64,000 bases of DNA from Bigelowiella natans CCMP2755 (lineage: Eukaryota > Protista > Cercozoa), in the NCBI GenBank assembly GCA_000320545.1, contig ADNK01002488.1, forward strand, positions 1 through 64,000, given 5' to 3'. A program made the translations under genes and the position numbers. How positions within the stretch are numbered: the stretch's first letter is position 1; each line of letters starts with the position of its first letter. Shown piece by piece: positions 1 to 18,539 of this stretch. The notes under the pieces are model-generated. The model made no database searches, had not been told where the DNA came from, and saw only the letters and a list, made by a program, of their open reading frames with translations.

Positions 1-857
1 TGCGTGTCTGTGTGTCTCTCGCAAATGATGATACCTGGAATCGTCACTGTGGACGCGTCGCATTGCTTCCTGAGAGCCCTCAGCTCGTAGTAAGATCTCT
101 GCGATGAGCTTGTCGCGCTCCTCTTCTTCTTGCTTCTGGAGAAGGAGAAGAAGAAACGAGGAGGGGGGGGCGGGGGGTGAGTACAAATCCGCACATATTC
201 GCATTCACTAAGCTTGTATACCTGGAGCTTCAGTAAGCTTTCTTTGTACTTTTTCTCTTCCTCCTCGGCCTTCTTCCTCATGGCCTTAAGTTTTCATAAC
301 GATGTCGTCGGGGGTCATACTTGCTCATGTGTAACACGCGCGTACACGCCACACTGTCCCGATGGTACTCTCACATACAGAACGCGTGTATTTATGTATT
401 TTGTATGAACATGTGCACGTTTTTGCAATTTTTCCAATTAGGCGGCAAACGATGCGGCGACCTCTGCCACAGCGTCCTCCTTTGCCTTTCTGTTCTTCGC
501 TGCCAGCTTGCGCTTTTCCTCCCGGTCCTTCCTCTCCCTCTCGAGCCTCTCCGCACGCAGCTCTGTGGACATCCCAAACAAGCGAAGAGTCGTTGTTTCA
601 GTCGAAAATGCATAATGAGTCAGCATACAAGCGCCTTTCGTGTGTTAGAGGGGGGGTGGGGGGGGGGTTAGGGTTGTAAGCCAAGACTGCATTTCGCATC
701 TTTCGAGATTAACGAGAGCATTTGCATGGTTATCTGCGTCTCTTTCGTTGTGTTTTCGTCGTTGCTGGCATCACCCATTGGAAGTTTGTTGTTTAGATCT
801 TGCATCCTCAGCTGATGAGAGTGAGTATATTATAGAAATAATGAATTTTTCATCAGC

Positions 858-895
<38 letters not shown>

Positions 896-955
896 TTCTA
901 CTGCGAGTCTATCTCTCTTTTTCTCCCGCTTTTAGTTTATATTGCTGCACGTGTA

Positions 956-1011
<56 letters not shown>

Positions 1012-1229
1012 TTTGTTGGTAAATGAAGATAATTAAGAAGTGCGAACATGTGCAAAGATTTCTGCCACCTCTTGCTTGATCCATTTCTCTCCCAGCTTGA
1101 TGACATCTTTCATTCTTCCCTGTAGTGCGCGGCATTGCATTTATAGTCGGCGAAGTGTTGACGCATGGTGTTCGCATGGATGTATGCGATCTTTTATTGC
1201 TGGTATATGCGTGTGAGTGTGTGCGCGCG

Positions 1230-1270
<41 letters not shown>

Positions 1271-1687
1271 GTAACAGCTACTTTCAATTTGTCCCACAGC
1301 TTCCTTCCTGCAATATACGACACCACATGAAGTACCATCACCGAAATGCTTCATAACCAGCATGTAAATGCAAGCACGGGATATTCTTCAATGATGGGGG
1401 TTACCGTGTGACTTCGGCTTGATGCTGAGCGGCGCCTTTTTGTCTTTGAATTTTCTCTTCACCCAAAGATTCACGGTGCTCGACTGATTTTTGCATCATT
1501 GCAAGATAGAGCTCCATATTTTTCATATCAAGTATATGTGCATGTATATGTGTATGTATGTATGTATGTATGTATGTATGTGTGTGTGTAGGAACGTGAG
1601 ATTCCCTCTGCGACAACTGAATCGTCGCAAGATATCGCCTTTCGGGTGGTAGTTACAACGTCAACGTTCATCTCGGTTTCCAAGCAT

Positions 1688-1730
<43 letters not shown>

Positions 1731-2095
1731 ATTGAGTATGTTCGGGTTATTCTGGAGAGAAAGGTGAGAAAACGCTTGATGTTCTTCTTTGCCCTCCTGT
1801 TGTCATCACCGCTGCTCCCCTCTTGACTTGTGCTAATCGCTCCTTTCGCTCCAGGATTTTCCGTTTTTTTTCTATGTATTGCAGTGCCAATTTTTGGATC
1901 GGAATAAACACGTCAGGACTGCAAACACACGAGCGCGTACACACACGCACACACAAGGTATATAAATAATATATATAATACACCAATCCGAGTATTTATT
2001 TCTATACCATTATGGTTGTCGTACAGCTTAATAATGGCTCACCCTCTTGTTCGTGAAGTATCCGTTTGATTTCGTTCTTAGCGCCCGCAAGCTGT

Positions 2096-2133
<38 letters not shown>

Positions 2134-3163
2134 ATCACTATCAGTATCAACAACACCAATCACACTATATAAGCTACACGCCTTGTCACAAGAGCCCACG
2201 AAACACATCATTTGTGAGCGCGGATAATCATCATCGTTAAAGTGCGCGTTCACGACCCTTTTCCTGAGGTTATCAATGCTCATTTTCTGTGCAGCGATCT
2301 GGCCTTCCATCCGTCGAATCTCTGCCGTGTCGCTTTCGTCCTGAGTAGGTGGGATATCAGCGCGGGGAGACTGTACGTTCTCCCTCTCGTATTGCAGCAT
2401 ATATGCAGAGGGGCGCGACGCTAATTGTTTAGAGGATTGGGGCGAGTTGCTGCACGTAATACCGTGCTGTTCATCATCACGGCAAGGTGGTTTTGCATCA
2501 GCCCGACGAGCTTTGCATCGACCCAATCTTGCTTCTTTGGTAATATCTCCGGGTCCTGTCCAAACACGCACACGGCTGTTAGAGAGAGAGGGGGGGGGGT
2601 CGTAGCACTTTCTACCGCACAGGTGCGTTACATCACGTCAGTAGTCAACTGTTGTGAGCAAACAAGGACCTTCTTCGCTCTTTCCGTCTCGAATTTAGCC
2701 GTCATCTCTACGAGGGGGGGGGAGGGGGGGGAAGAGGAAATGTGAATATTTTTGTCAATTATTGGTGATGATGATGTATTCTTTCATATATCGATCGTAA
2801 GAGAGTGCTAAACACACTGGAACCTTCCAGCTGCTGGTGGAGCACTAGATTCCGATGAGCGAGTTCATCCGCTCTAAATATGATCAATAGGTGAGTGGGG
2901 GACGCTAAATCGTGACGGTGTCGTCAGTGAGTTAGCAAAGCTCACTTCTGTTTTGCGTTCAGGAACCGTCCACGAAATTTGCTCTCCTGTTATTAAAAAA
3001 CAACGCCGCAGCAGCATAAGGAGGGGTCGGGCTACTCCGGGAAGCATCAGCTTACTGTCGGCAATTCGTCAGGGACGACTGCATGTAATCTAGGTGTGCG
3101 GTGATTCTCAGAATGTATGGTGAGGCAATTCGTTGTGCCAGTAGCTACTACTAGTAGTAGTGA

Positions 3164-3200
<37 letters not shown>

Positions 3201-3399
3201 GGTAGTATATGTTGTTTCGGGGACAATTTGACTTAAGCCCGCGATATGTGTGCATATTTAAATATGTAACCTCTTCTAGCTTCGTCAGCACCCGTTCAAT
3301 ACGCGTGTTGCATTTGTCCTCGAGCGAATGCACGATACGAGAGAGCTGCTGTTGAGTCATACTGTGCAATCGGCAAAAAAAGGCTGGGTGAATATACTT

Positions 3400-3494
<95 letters not shown>

Positions 3495-3499
3495 AATAC

Positions 3500-3532
<33 letters not shown>

Positions 3533-3536
3533 ATTA

Positions 3537-3584
<48 letters not shown>

Positions 3585-3622
3585 TGTGTGAGTGTGTATG
3601 TTTATGAAAAAACAATATATAT

Positions 3623-3662
<40 letters not shown>

Positions 3663-3663
3663 A

Positions 3664-3700
<37 letters not shown>

Positions 3701-4123
3701 CCCTCTTCTTCTTTTTTCTTTCTCTCCCCGCTCCCCTCTCTCACAATAGCCCCATGTGTTTGATCAATCACCCTGGTTTGGGTTGAGTCGTCGCAGTCAA
3801 TCGAGACGCAATCATCCCTTCAGCGTCGCCTCCTAGAAATCGAGAAGAAGGAGAATAAGAGAAAGTATTGGGTATGGTGTTGGACCGCCTCCATATTAGC
3901 ATTTCTCACAAACATCCCACTGCCCTTAGAATACTAACAAATGATAGCCTCATGTTTATAACACAATTTCAGCTTTTCCGTTTGTCTCACAGGTGAATGT
4001 GTGCGTGTTTCTGCCATTGTTACGTGGTAGCTGGTCTGTAGTCCTCCCCAGCAATGCGAGATCATTTGCTCGAAGGGTGATCTCCTTCCCTCGAAATAGC
4101 TCCATGCCTTTAGATCCCGACAT
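1..4123 (-). CDS. Multi-exon coiled-coil protein, hypothetical (3' end runs off the left edge of the window)
   Basis: Hand-spliced GT-AG exons: MSGSKGMELFRGKEITLRANDLALLGRTTDQLP / RGDAEGMIASRLT / MTQQQLSRIVHSLEDKCNTRIERVLTKLEE ... AEIRRMEGQIAAQKMSIDNLRKR ... ELRAERLERERKDREEKRKLAAKNRKAKEDAVAE. E/K/R-rich heptad-like composition, no recognisable domain. Start codon uncertain. Confidence 0.6.
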
Positions 4124-4609
4124 TATCTCTTTCCCTGCAGGATCACATTTATATCAGTATCATCCGAAAGCTCACTATTCAGCAAGCGGCGTTTCTCCAC
4201 GTTCTCTCATTCAAGTTGTCAAGAAACGTACACCTGGGCGAGAGCGCGGAAGAGGAGGCTGTAGGTTTTATACGTAGAAAATGGGTAGGATGGAGTGGGC
4301 ACGGCCTCTCCTCCTTGCTGCCCGTCTGCTGAGACGGGTGAGTAGTCGTTTCAGTTTCCGCTGGAAGGCACAGGCGTTACAACGGCCGCCATTCGAACAT
4401 TTGTTTTTATAAAACGTAAGACGTTTACGGATTACGACAAGCTATAAGCGGGATTCATGGAATAAATCGGGTCGTTTGGAGAAATGTTCTTGTCGCAGAT
4501 CATAAACCGCATACGTCTTTGAATAAGGGACCCAACGGTGGGAATGTGGCTGGCCCCTCCTCGTATCTTTTTCATTTTCCGCAACTTTTTCCGTTGGCAT
4601 TCAGCACAA

Positions 4610-4775
4610 ACCGCAATATGGCTTAGGATGTGACTGTCGAGTTGAAGTGTGATCGACGCTGCTTCAGCTTCCGTGTTTCATTGTATGCCGAACTAGCGAA
4701 CAAATCCTTTCCATTGTCTAGTTGTCCATGAACTCCACCTGGATCAGATGTGATGGAACGTCGACACGAACATGA
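4610..4775 (+). ncRNA. Candidate two-hairpin (H/ACA-like) small RNA
   Basis: Stems AGTTGAAG/CTTCAGCT (with lower stem GATGTGAC/GTTTCATT) and TTCCATTG...TGATGGAA, followed by ACA triplets. No perfect ANANNA H box. Lies in an ORF-less slot between a divergent promoter and a CTAG spacer. Confidence 0.2.
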
Positions 4776-4779
4776 CTTT

Positions 4780-5400
4780 CTAGCTTTGGCAGGTCGTCAA
4801 TTTCTGTTGCGCAGCGCAATGATCGTCACACACCATAGCAATGTACTTCAGTGCAGAATGTGCTGCCACGATGAAGCGATCTAGCGATTGCAGCCATGCG
4901 CCTGTGCAGTCCAACAAGTCTGGAGCTAGACAGAGAGGTCTAGAGTCTAGAGGTGCGCGTAACATCTACTACTGTTGATAATTGTCGAAGTCGATCAAGA
5001 TGTCAAGATATGCTAGTATGCTTGCTGGCTTGGTGCTCAATTTTTAGATTGCACACCCGGCGATGTGTGTTGTGATGATCGATGCGCGATGCGATGCACA
5101 CAAGCTAGCAGCAAGCTAGCTAGCTAGCAAGTTCGAAGCGATCATTGACTGACAGCTGCGTTTGTCCACGCTAGCGCGCCCCATGCTACTTACTGCAGTA
5201 GCTTGATCTATCTAGCTACTTCTAAACTAATTGGCCGTACTTGTTTACTATGCTGCACACAAGCTAGCAAGCTTTGTATATTAAAGAATAAATTATGAAT
5301 TTGAGTCGTCAATTCGTATACTAAGACCAGCTAGCCAGGCACATTGACATCATGCATGCATGCATACCATCCTGCATGCTAGCATGGAGTGATCTTATTA
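4780..5400. other. CTAG/CATG/TGCA-rich spacer 1 (3' of RAE1)
   Basis: Dense GCTAGC, TCTAGA, CATGCATGCATG and GCTAGCTAGCTAGC (about 5116); no ORF of note. Confidence 0.7.
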
Positions 5401-5483
5401 CTCAATGAAATATGCATGATATGGCACACGTATGCACAATAAAACTTCGCGCACGCCAGTAATTTGCGACTTTTATCGGCTAC

Positions 5484-6198
5484 TCAGCGATGTCGCCGCG
5501 TCTGTGGAGAGATTTCCGAATCTGCGAGAGGTAGAACGGATAAAGATTATATGAATTTATGTCAGGAACCCTAAGTCATGAAATAATGCTTGCAGTTGTT
5601 GTACCACACAGAGGTAATGTATCACATGCACCCACGCCCATCTGCACACATGCAAATACGATTAAGTGACCCTTCACTGGATGAAGGCGAATCTCGTTCC
5701 TTGGATACTTGTGGGCATCTTGGAATCCCTGGAAATCAATGGTGTGCTGGGGTGAGTCATTCTCATTCTGTACTGCTGCTGTGAGTCGTAGATTTTCAAA
5801 GACGATGTAATGGGAACTCAAGATCGGTAGTTGTTCTTCCCCTGGACGTCACACTGAAAAATGCGCGTGGGGGACAAACTGCCGATGTTTTGCAACAGGT
5901 CCAAGGTCGGAACCATCGTCCGAAACTTGCAGCAGCGATAACAAATAAAGAAACAAATACGCTCAAAGTCTCTCTCCACCACCTTACTCCAGTCGTATGA
6001 CACCGCGTATGCAAAGAAATTCCTGCGCATATTTTCAACAACAAAAACAACAACAACAACACATAAGCTGAACGAATATGCCACACACACACACACACAC
6101 ACACAGACAGACAGACAGACACTGCCTCTGGTCAAAAAGATTGTCATTATTATTTGTGTTGTTGAACTATAAATTCGAATCTCAAGCACGCACACACA

Positions 6199-6229
<31 letters not shown>

Positions 6230-7349
6230 GTACACACCCATTTTTGTTGAAAGCGCATGCCGAAATCGGCGTCTCATTGGGAAGGTCAAACTTCTGTAAT
6301 CGTTGACGGGAATCCTGTTTTGATAGCATGAATAGCAGTTTAATGGAGACCAGTCTTCGCCAATCTAATTTCCTCCTCCCCCCCTTCCCCCCCCCCCCCC
6401 GGGTGTGTGCTAGTTGATGTTCATTCTCTGTGTGGACGCAGTTACCTTATCCCAAAAAACCAACTGGCCGTCCCTGCCTGCTGTTGCGAATGTTCCTAAA
6501 TTATTTACACACACACAAACATATACCGAGAAGGGGGGGGGGGGGGGGGGGGGGACGGAGACATCGGTATGGGTTATCATTGCTTCATAGTGCTACTACA
6601 ACAGCAGCAGCAGCAGCAGCAGCAGCACAGTCAATAGTTGTTGGTAGAAATGAGTCGTCTCCCCTTTTGAAGAACGTCATCTACTTACCCTTGGGATGGA
6701 ACTCGATCGCATTAACAGCATAGACCTAATAATCGGCGGGAGGGGGGGGGGGGGGGTTGATGTCATGCATGATAATCGTCAAATATACGTCGGGCCTTAC
6801 AACCACCTTTCGTTCTTCTGTTACTTCTACTACTTCTACTGCTCTACTAGAAGATATTATTTGCCTCTTGAGAACATCCACCCCTCTCACAACGCATAAG
6901 CTGACAAAAAATCTTAAATAACCTTAGCTTTATTCGAAGCGTCGCTTTCCTTTTTCCGGTGGCATTTGAACCTTGAATCGCAAGAAGAAAGAGGAGCAGG
7001 TCATTTTCATATCCAATGCCGCCTTCATCGCCAAGAAAAGTGTGATGGCACACATTTCAGAACGATTCGTTTCTGGAGGTTAGGATGCGTTGTTGTTGTT
7101 GATGATGATGTTGTTGATGATGATGATGATGATGGTATATCACTTCTGTTACTCACATGAAGTTATTCTTAGAATCACGGTCGTCGAAGTTCTGGAGAGA
7201 TCATATCATCGGAGCAGCGCATGGATATCATCACACAATCAGATGACTATATAACACAACATCCAATAGCTCCAAACATCACCGTGATGGCCACTCGTCC
7301 ACAAATGGACCCGGCAGCATACCTAAAAGAAGATTATATATAAGTATCA

Positions 7350-7407
<58 letters not shown>

Positions 7408-8328
7408 CATAATACTCAATAAAAAAACATCATTCATCACAAGCCGATCATCCAACGACAACAGCCACGCGCTCTAGATATTGCAATGCTCAACGAAATC
7501 GCCCAAGCAGCAGCATGCATGTGCTTCTTCATCCTCCAGCATGATGACTTACCCTTTCACGTTCGGAAAGATGGACACGCAACGAATCTGAAACAACCGC
7601 AGTCGTCGTCAGTGAGTAGTTTGCCCAACGAATAATAAACTCGAGAACACGTGGCCACCGACCTGATTTTTTAAAGAAGATTCCTTCGTTTGCCATGGTT
7701 TTCTTCCTTGACCTAAATACTGTCGGAGGGGGGGGGGGAGGGGGAGGGACAGGGTCGCCACAGAAAAACGACGTCAGATATGGCAACCGGGTTTGGGGGG
7801 GGGGGGGGGAGTAATAAGAGACGGCAAGACAAGGAAGGAAGATAGGGAGAGGAATCAACCCTGAGGTCAAATATTTGAATCTTGCGCCCCGAGCAGGCAA
7901 CGACCTATCGTGATAGTAGTAGTAGTGGTAGTAGTAGTAGTAGTAGTAGAAGGGGCAATTCAGTGCAATTCAAGGCAGGGGGCAAAGCATGCATATCGCA
8001 CGCGCAACGCAAAGCTTTAGTTTAGCAGTGGCTAGACACGCACACACACACGCGGGGGCGGGTAGATTCGTCTTTGTAACATCTTCTTCTTCTTCTTCTT
8101 CTTCTTCCTACTATGAGAGAATTCCGGCTGTCCATCGAATATGCTTTGCCCTCGAGATTAACATCGTAACTGGGCTTGTTATTCCTGATAATTGTATTTA
8201 TTTGCAGGGAATAATTGGGATTTTTAACATATGAGAGCATTTTCCGGTCCCACGCCTACCTTGCTTGTCAAATATGTGTTCTCCAACTTCTCCCTCCCCC
8301 CCTCCCCCCCCCTCCCCCCCCCTCTCTC

Positions 8329-8396
<68 letters not shown>

Positions 8397-8479
8397 TGCG
8401 TGTGTGTGTGTGTTGTCACAGGACAGACTTAAAGCATATATACATAAAGAGATACTAAGTTGAGCATTCATGGACTCCT

Positions 8480-8514
<35 letters not shown>

Positions 8515-9653
8515 ATAAGATGATGGTAATAATAATCATCATAATAGTATTACCTGGTGTCCCATAACCTCAGCTTCTTGCCCCAAGATGCGGTTGCAAC
8601 AAGGTTGCGCTTGGTGGTGGTAGAAGTAGTAGTAGTAACGACGACGACAACGACAACAACAAACATCAGGCTTTAGCCAATAATGGAAGAACACACATGA
8701 TAAATCTGTCAAAAAGATGGGAAACCAATAAGCAAAAGGCTAGAGAACCGAGGTACAGAAGCTGATGCAACTGATAGGCTTATCGTGAGCTGCAATTTGC
8801 TGCGAGGAAAACAATATTAAGTCAGAATTCTGTGCATTGAATGAGGACACGTCCGTTAGAGTTGGTTTGCGCACCTTCGGTTGTTGGCCGATGGTCCACA
8901 TCTTTGCGGTACCGCAGGCTCTGAATGATATGTCAATATGTTAAGATTTTCCGATTGCAACATAATGCTGGAGAAAAAGTTGTTGTTGTTGTTGTTTTGT
9001 GTTATTGATCTTACCCTCCGCTCAGCACGATGCCGTTTGGTGCTACCGCCGTGCACAGCACAGGACCTGTGTATATCAACATCTCGTGAGACCGATTAAT
9101 CGAGGATTAGGTCGTTTGTACCTTTGTGGGTAATTTGCGCAAGTGGCTTTGACTGCACATTACCTACACGTAGTATGGGGCATACATAGGAGAGATTCAA
9201 TATCATGTTCATCCTCATGAAGCTTCCTCTCACCAATTTGCCCACCAATTCGCCATGCCATCACTTTATTACACCTGTGTGGAACAAGGTGTAGAACAGT
9301 AACAAATGAGGCGCATCTCTTGTTTGATGGGTTGCAAATCTTCCCACCATGTGGATGCAATTAGAACGTCCTGCTGCGCTGGGTTGAAGTTGAGGGAGCT
9401 TATTGAGTCAGTTCCAGACTGTTATAAAACAAAGGGAGGATAACATGAAATTAGAAACATGATTAAGATTGAGTCAGGTGTAGTCCCCATATTTATGGAC
9501 AAATTTCCCATTCATTTGTTTGTAAGCATCAACCGGCAAAGTAATGGGAGTATCGGGCATGTTGCCACCACCCATCCCGCCCCCAAAGCCGCTTCCGCCG
9601 CCGCCTCCTCCAAAGCCATTATTGCCGCCATAATTATTATTCCAGCCGGACAT
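5484..9653 (-). CDS. RAE1: mRNA export factor RAE1/Gle2 (WD40 repeat), intron-rich
   Basis: Spliced exons give a G/N-rich N-terminus MSGWNNNYGG, then [110 protein letters not shown], ending DSEISPQTRRHR*. These are diagnostic Rae1 motifs. Confidence 0.92.
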
Positions 9654-10186
9654 GATTAGTTCGCCTGGTTTTCAGATGTCTTGTTCAGAGAGAGGGAGGA
9701 AAAGAAGCTGATGAGTAATGGGGCGCGGTTGAAGAAGCAGGAAGAAGGTTTGAAGACTTGTACGCTCATTTTCTCGAAGATTCCTTGCCATTTTCTTCAG
9801 TCGCGCACTTGAAACGACCACTATTTTATTCGGAAATTTGCGGTGTCTATTCTTCTAATTTTTAGTTCATCGGCGATACACTCGTAGTGCGGGTGAGCAT
9901 TCCTTCTCGATGAAACTGCGAAGTCGGAGTTTCTTCCATTCAAATAAATTCGGAAAATTCTGAGAATCTCTGTGGAAACTCCCAATTTCGAAGTTGGGAC
10001 TTCCTCCGTTCGTCCTAACAACTGCAACTGCCTCGCCGAGCGGCCGAAGTTTTTTTTTCTGGGAAGGAAAAAATAAAATAACACCGGGAACAGTGTTGAA
10101 ACCTAGGCCAATATGCGGGAAAATAGAGCTTTTTAGGCATAATTCACGATAATTCGCCACCTTGTCCTCCGGTCGCTGTCAAAACC
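9654..10186. promoter_or_regulatory. Bidirectional promoter region between RAE1 and eIF2-alpha
   Basis: 533 bp between divergent ATGs, CpG-retaining, repeated TTCGGAAA, and an E2F-like GCGGGAAAA at about 10115. Confidence 0.55.
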
Positions 10187-11691
10187 ATGGCGGAGAATGG
10201 CACCGAAGGTGCGCAAGACCAGAAGAAGGATGACAACAACTGCAGGATGTACGAGAAGAAATATCCCGATCAGGACGAGAATGTCCTCGTCACCGTTCGA
10301 AGCGTTGCAGAGATGGGCGCGTAAGTTCTTTCTTCCTTTGTCACATGAGAAATTAGGAAAAGTAGCAGCCTTCCTTCATCTGGAGCAACAATTTAGTACA
10401 TGCATCTTTATTACTTTTCATTCTACGATTCCTTTTGTAATGTCCCCATTTGCATTTGAAATTTCTGAACTTTATTGCCTACAAACCTAAAGCACCATCT
10501 CTCTGACTTTGATGAGCAGCATTCTCAAAACATCTTCGAATTTCTTGCTCATGACGCGCGCGCGCGCGTGTGTGTGTTTGTGTAGCTAGCATAGAGTATA
10601 TGGGGGCTATGAAATTGAGTAAAACTTTTTCCCGATAATATATTTCTCTAGGTACGTTACTCTGAACGAGTACAATGGAATAGAGGGCATGATCTTGCTG
10701 TCTGAGCTGTCCAGAAGGCGGATTCGCTCCATTAACAAACTCATTCGTGTCGGTCGTACGGAAGTAGTTGTAGTACTGCGTGTGGACAAGGATAAAGGTG
10801 GTCACTTCCTCACACGTTTGGGCACTCGGGATGTGGCGTAGACGCCGTTGTTCGATTACACTAACTGCCTCTCGTGTTTTCTGCTTCTTCGCAGGTTACA
10901 TCGACCTGTCCAAACGCCGCGTATCTGTGGAGGATGTGGAGAAGTTGGAAGTGAAATACAACAAGTCCAAGCAAGTACACTCCATTATGCGTCAAGTCTC
11001 AGAGACGTGCAAGGTACCTATGATCAAGCTCTACGAGGCCTGGGGCTGGGACCTCTACAAACGATACGGGCATGCATACGACGCCTTCAAAATCCTTGTC
11101 GCATCTCCAGATAAAGTGATCGGCCAGTATAGCTTAGATGAAGCGGTATGTAAGAAAACAAATACAACACCTGACCTTCAGGGGACAGAATTCGGTCGTA
11201 CTTTCTTACAGGATAACTTCCTCCTCCTTTTAGGTTAAAGCTTCACTCATTAAGACGGTGAAGAGAAGGCTGACACCCCAGCCCGTTAAAATCCGAGCAG
11301 ATATTGAGGTAACCTGCTTCGCCTACGAAGGGATTGATGCTGTAAAAGCCGCCTTACAGAAGGGCGAGGAAAAGAGTACCGCAGAATTACCCATCAAGGT
11401 ATTTATAATAGCATCAACACCGGGAAGCGATTTGCGAACGCGAATACTAAAGCCTCTTTTGCGTTTTACTCTCAGATCAAGCTCGTGTCGCCTCCCCTCT
11501 ACGTTATGTTCTGCACCACATTGAACAAGGAACAGGGAATAAATCTGCTGCAAAGCGCCGTCGACGCGATTACAAAGGAGATCCGAGAGAAGGAGGGAAG
11601 TATTAACGTCAAACATGCTCCCCGTGCAGTTTCGCAACAAGAGGAACGGGACCTTCTGGCAAAAATGGAAGGCGAGGAAGATGATGACTGA
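10187..11691 (+). CDS. EIF2S1: Translation initiation factor eIF2 alpha subunit (5 exons)
   Basis: [51 protein letters not shown] (Ser51 motif), [48 protein letters not shown]. Confidence 0.97.
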
Positions 11692-11931
11692 GGCTACTAG
11701 CATGAGCGTGCAAGCACCATAATCGTCGAATGTGTCGGCTAACATTTCGCAGTGCAATTTGATAAAACCAACACTGATCTTAGTCATATGTACCATCAGC
11801 TTTGGTCGCTCGCACCGACCGGGCTCTGTAACAGTTTAGCAGCATGCTGCGCTGCCATGCTATCTAGCTATCTTACAATGTAAATGCGTGCGTGCAGAGC
11901 TGCGCCGCAGGGGGAAATCAATGAATTCAGT

Positions 11932-12043
11932 GCATTCGGTCTCATGTTATTCGGCTTGGAAACATGCGTTCTCTGCGCTTGAATTTAGCAATGCATCGGG
12001 TCTCATGTTCGGCTTCGAAAGATGCATTCGCTGCTGACTTGAA
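11932..12043. repeat. Degenerate tandem duplication of about 60 bp
   Basis: tgcattcggtctcatgttattcggcttggaaacatgcgttctctgcgcttgaa versus tgcatcgggtctcatgttcggcttcgaaagatgcattcgctgctgacttgaa. Confidence 0.7.
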
Positions 12044-12324
12044 AAGCCGATCCGAGCTAGCTAGCTAGCTGTGGAGAGCCGGCGGGGGTTGTTGCGGCAC
12101 ATCAATTGTGGACGAGCAAAAGTTCAAGAAGTTTCAAGACTCCCAAAACCACGCATTGCGGCGCAAGTTTCCGATGCTTTGCTGTGGATTTTTGCCATGT
12201 CGTTTTCAACATGGATTGTTTTCACAAAAGACGTGTGATGAGCCTGGGATTTTCATCATGTCACTGTTCTGTGATTCTGGCAATTCAGCTCAGCAGTGGG
12301 TCATCAGTGGCCAAAGCTTCCACA

Positions 12325-12551
12325 GGGACTTCAAGTCCCCATGCGTGTGCGCGCAGGAGAACACATGTGCCCATGCACACCACATGCATGCACTTGAAAA
12401 GAACACATGCTCTGTTCACATCCACACATGCACCAAACAAGCTGCGACACATGTGCCGCACACGTGTAGTTGCAGGTGCACAGCAGGTGCACATGAAGTA
12501 GGTGATGCACATGTCGTAGACGTCATGCACGTGTGGGGACTTCAAGTCCCC
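12325..12551. mobile_element. Candidate MITE/foldback element bounded by GGGACTTCAAGTCCCC palindromic ends
   Basis: Two copies of gggacttcaagtccccatg (12325 and 12536). The ends also read as ~24 bp imperfect inverted repeats. Interior is CACATG/GTGCAC-rich. No clear target-site duplication. Confidence 0.35.
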
Positions 12552-12656
12552 ATGTTTCATTTTGCGCATTTTCGCAATTTTTGCTACCGCCGATGGCAGG
12601 GGATCAAATGAAATGTGGGGCATGACATGCACCCAGCAGACAGACACGTGTTTTTG

Positions 12657-17995
<5,339 letters not shown>

Positions 17996-18539
17996 CAGCT
18001 TACCAAGCCTGTGCTTCTTACGGTTTGGCTATGTGTATCGATCGACGCAATGCTAACGTCTTCTCCAAAGCAATAAATTTCCAGGCCTCTTCCTGCTGTG
18101 GCAAAGCTTAACGAAGTCCAGGCGCGGGGAGGGAATCAGGGCGTGATGATCATCACATTCGTCATCATCCGTGAGTAGTAGAAGTTGAAAGATGATGGTC
18201 GATTCTCTCTACTGCTGCTCCACAGTAACCTGATTATTGTCGATTTTCGATGGAAAGTTTCGGGATAAAAGTTTTCCCAAATCTTCTATTTCTTGCGAAA
18301 CTTTCCGAGCACGCAACTTCCCGGTGGGCGTTGGAAAAATGCGAGTGGCAAGAAGACCGTCGGGGCCCAATGCGGTTACGTTTTTAATAGTTAGTTCCGG
18401 TGTGTCTCCCGCGATATTTCGAGGTCACACACAAAGGGCGACAAGGATCAATCTTTTGTTGGTGGAGCCCTTGTCGTAATTATTTTTCGGGATATTCTGA
18501 ATTTCGTTTGTGTTTCAAATCGGAAGATCATCGTAGGAA

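Larger units (their letters stand above)
11820..12620. other. Tail-to-tail spacer 2 (eIF2-alpha / GT10), CATG/TGCA/CTAG-rich
   Basis: GCTAGCTAGCTAGCT at about 12056, many CACATG/GTGCAC. Contains a degenerate ~60 bp duplication and a foldback element. Confidence 0.65.

Noticed and set aside
665-676. GGGTTAGGGTT telomere-like hexamer (also CCCTAA x2 at about 50541)
   Set aside because: Only 1-2 units inside introns; chance matches.
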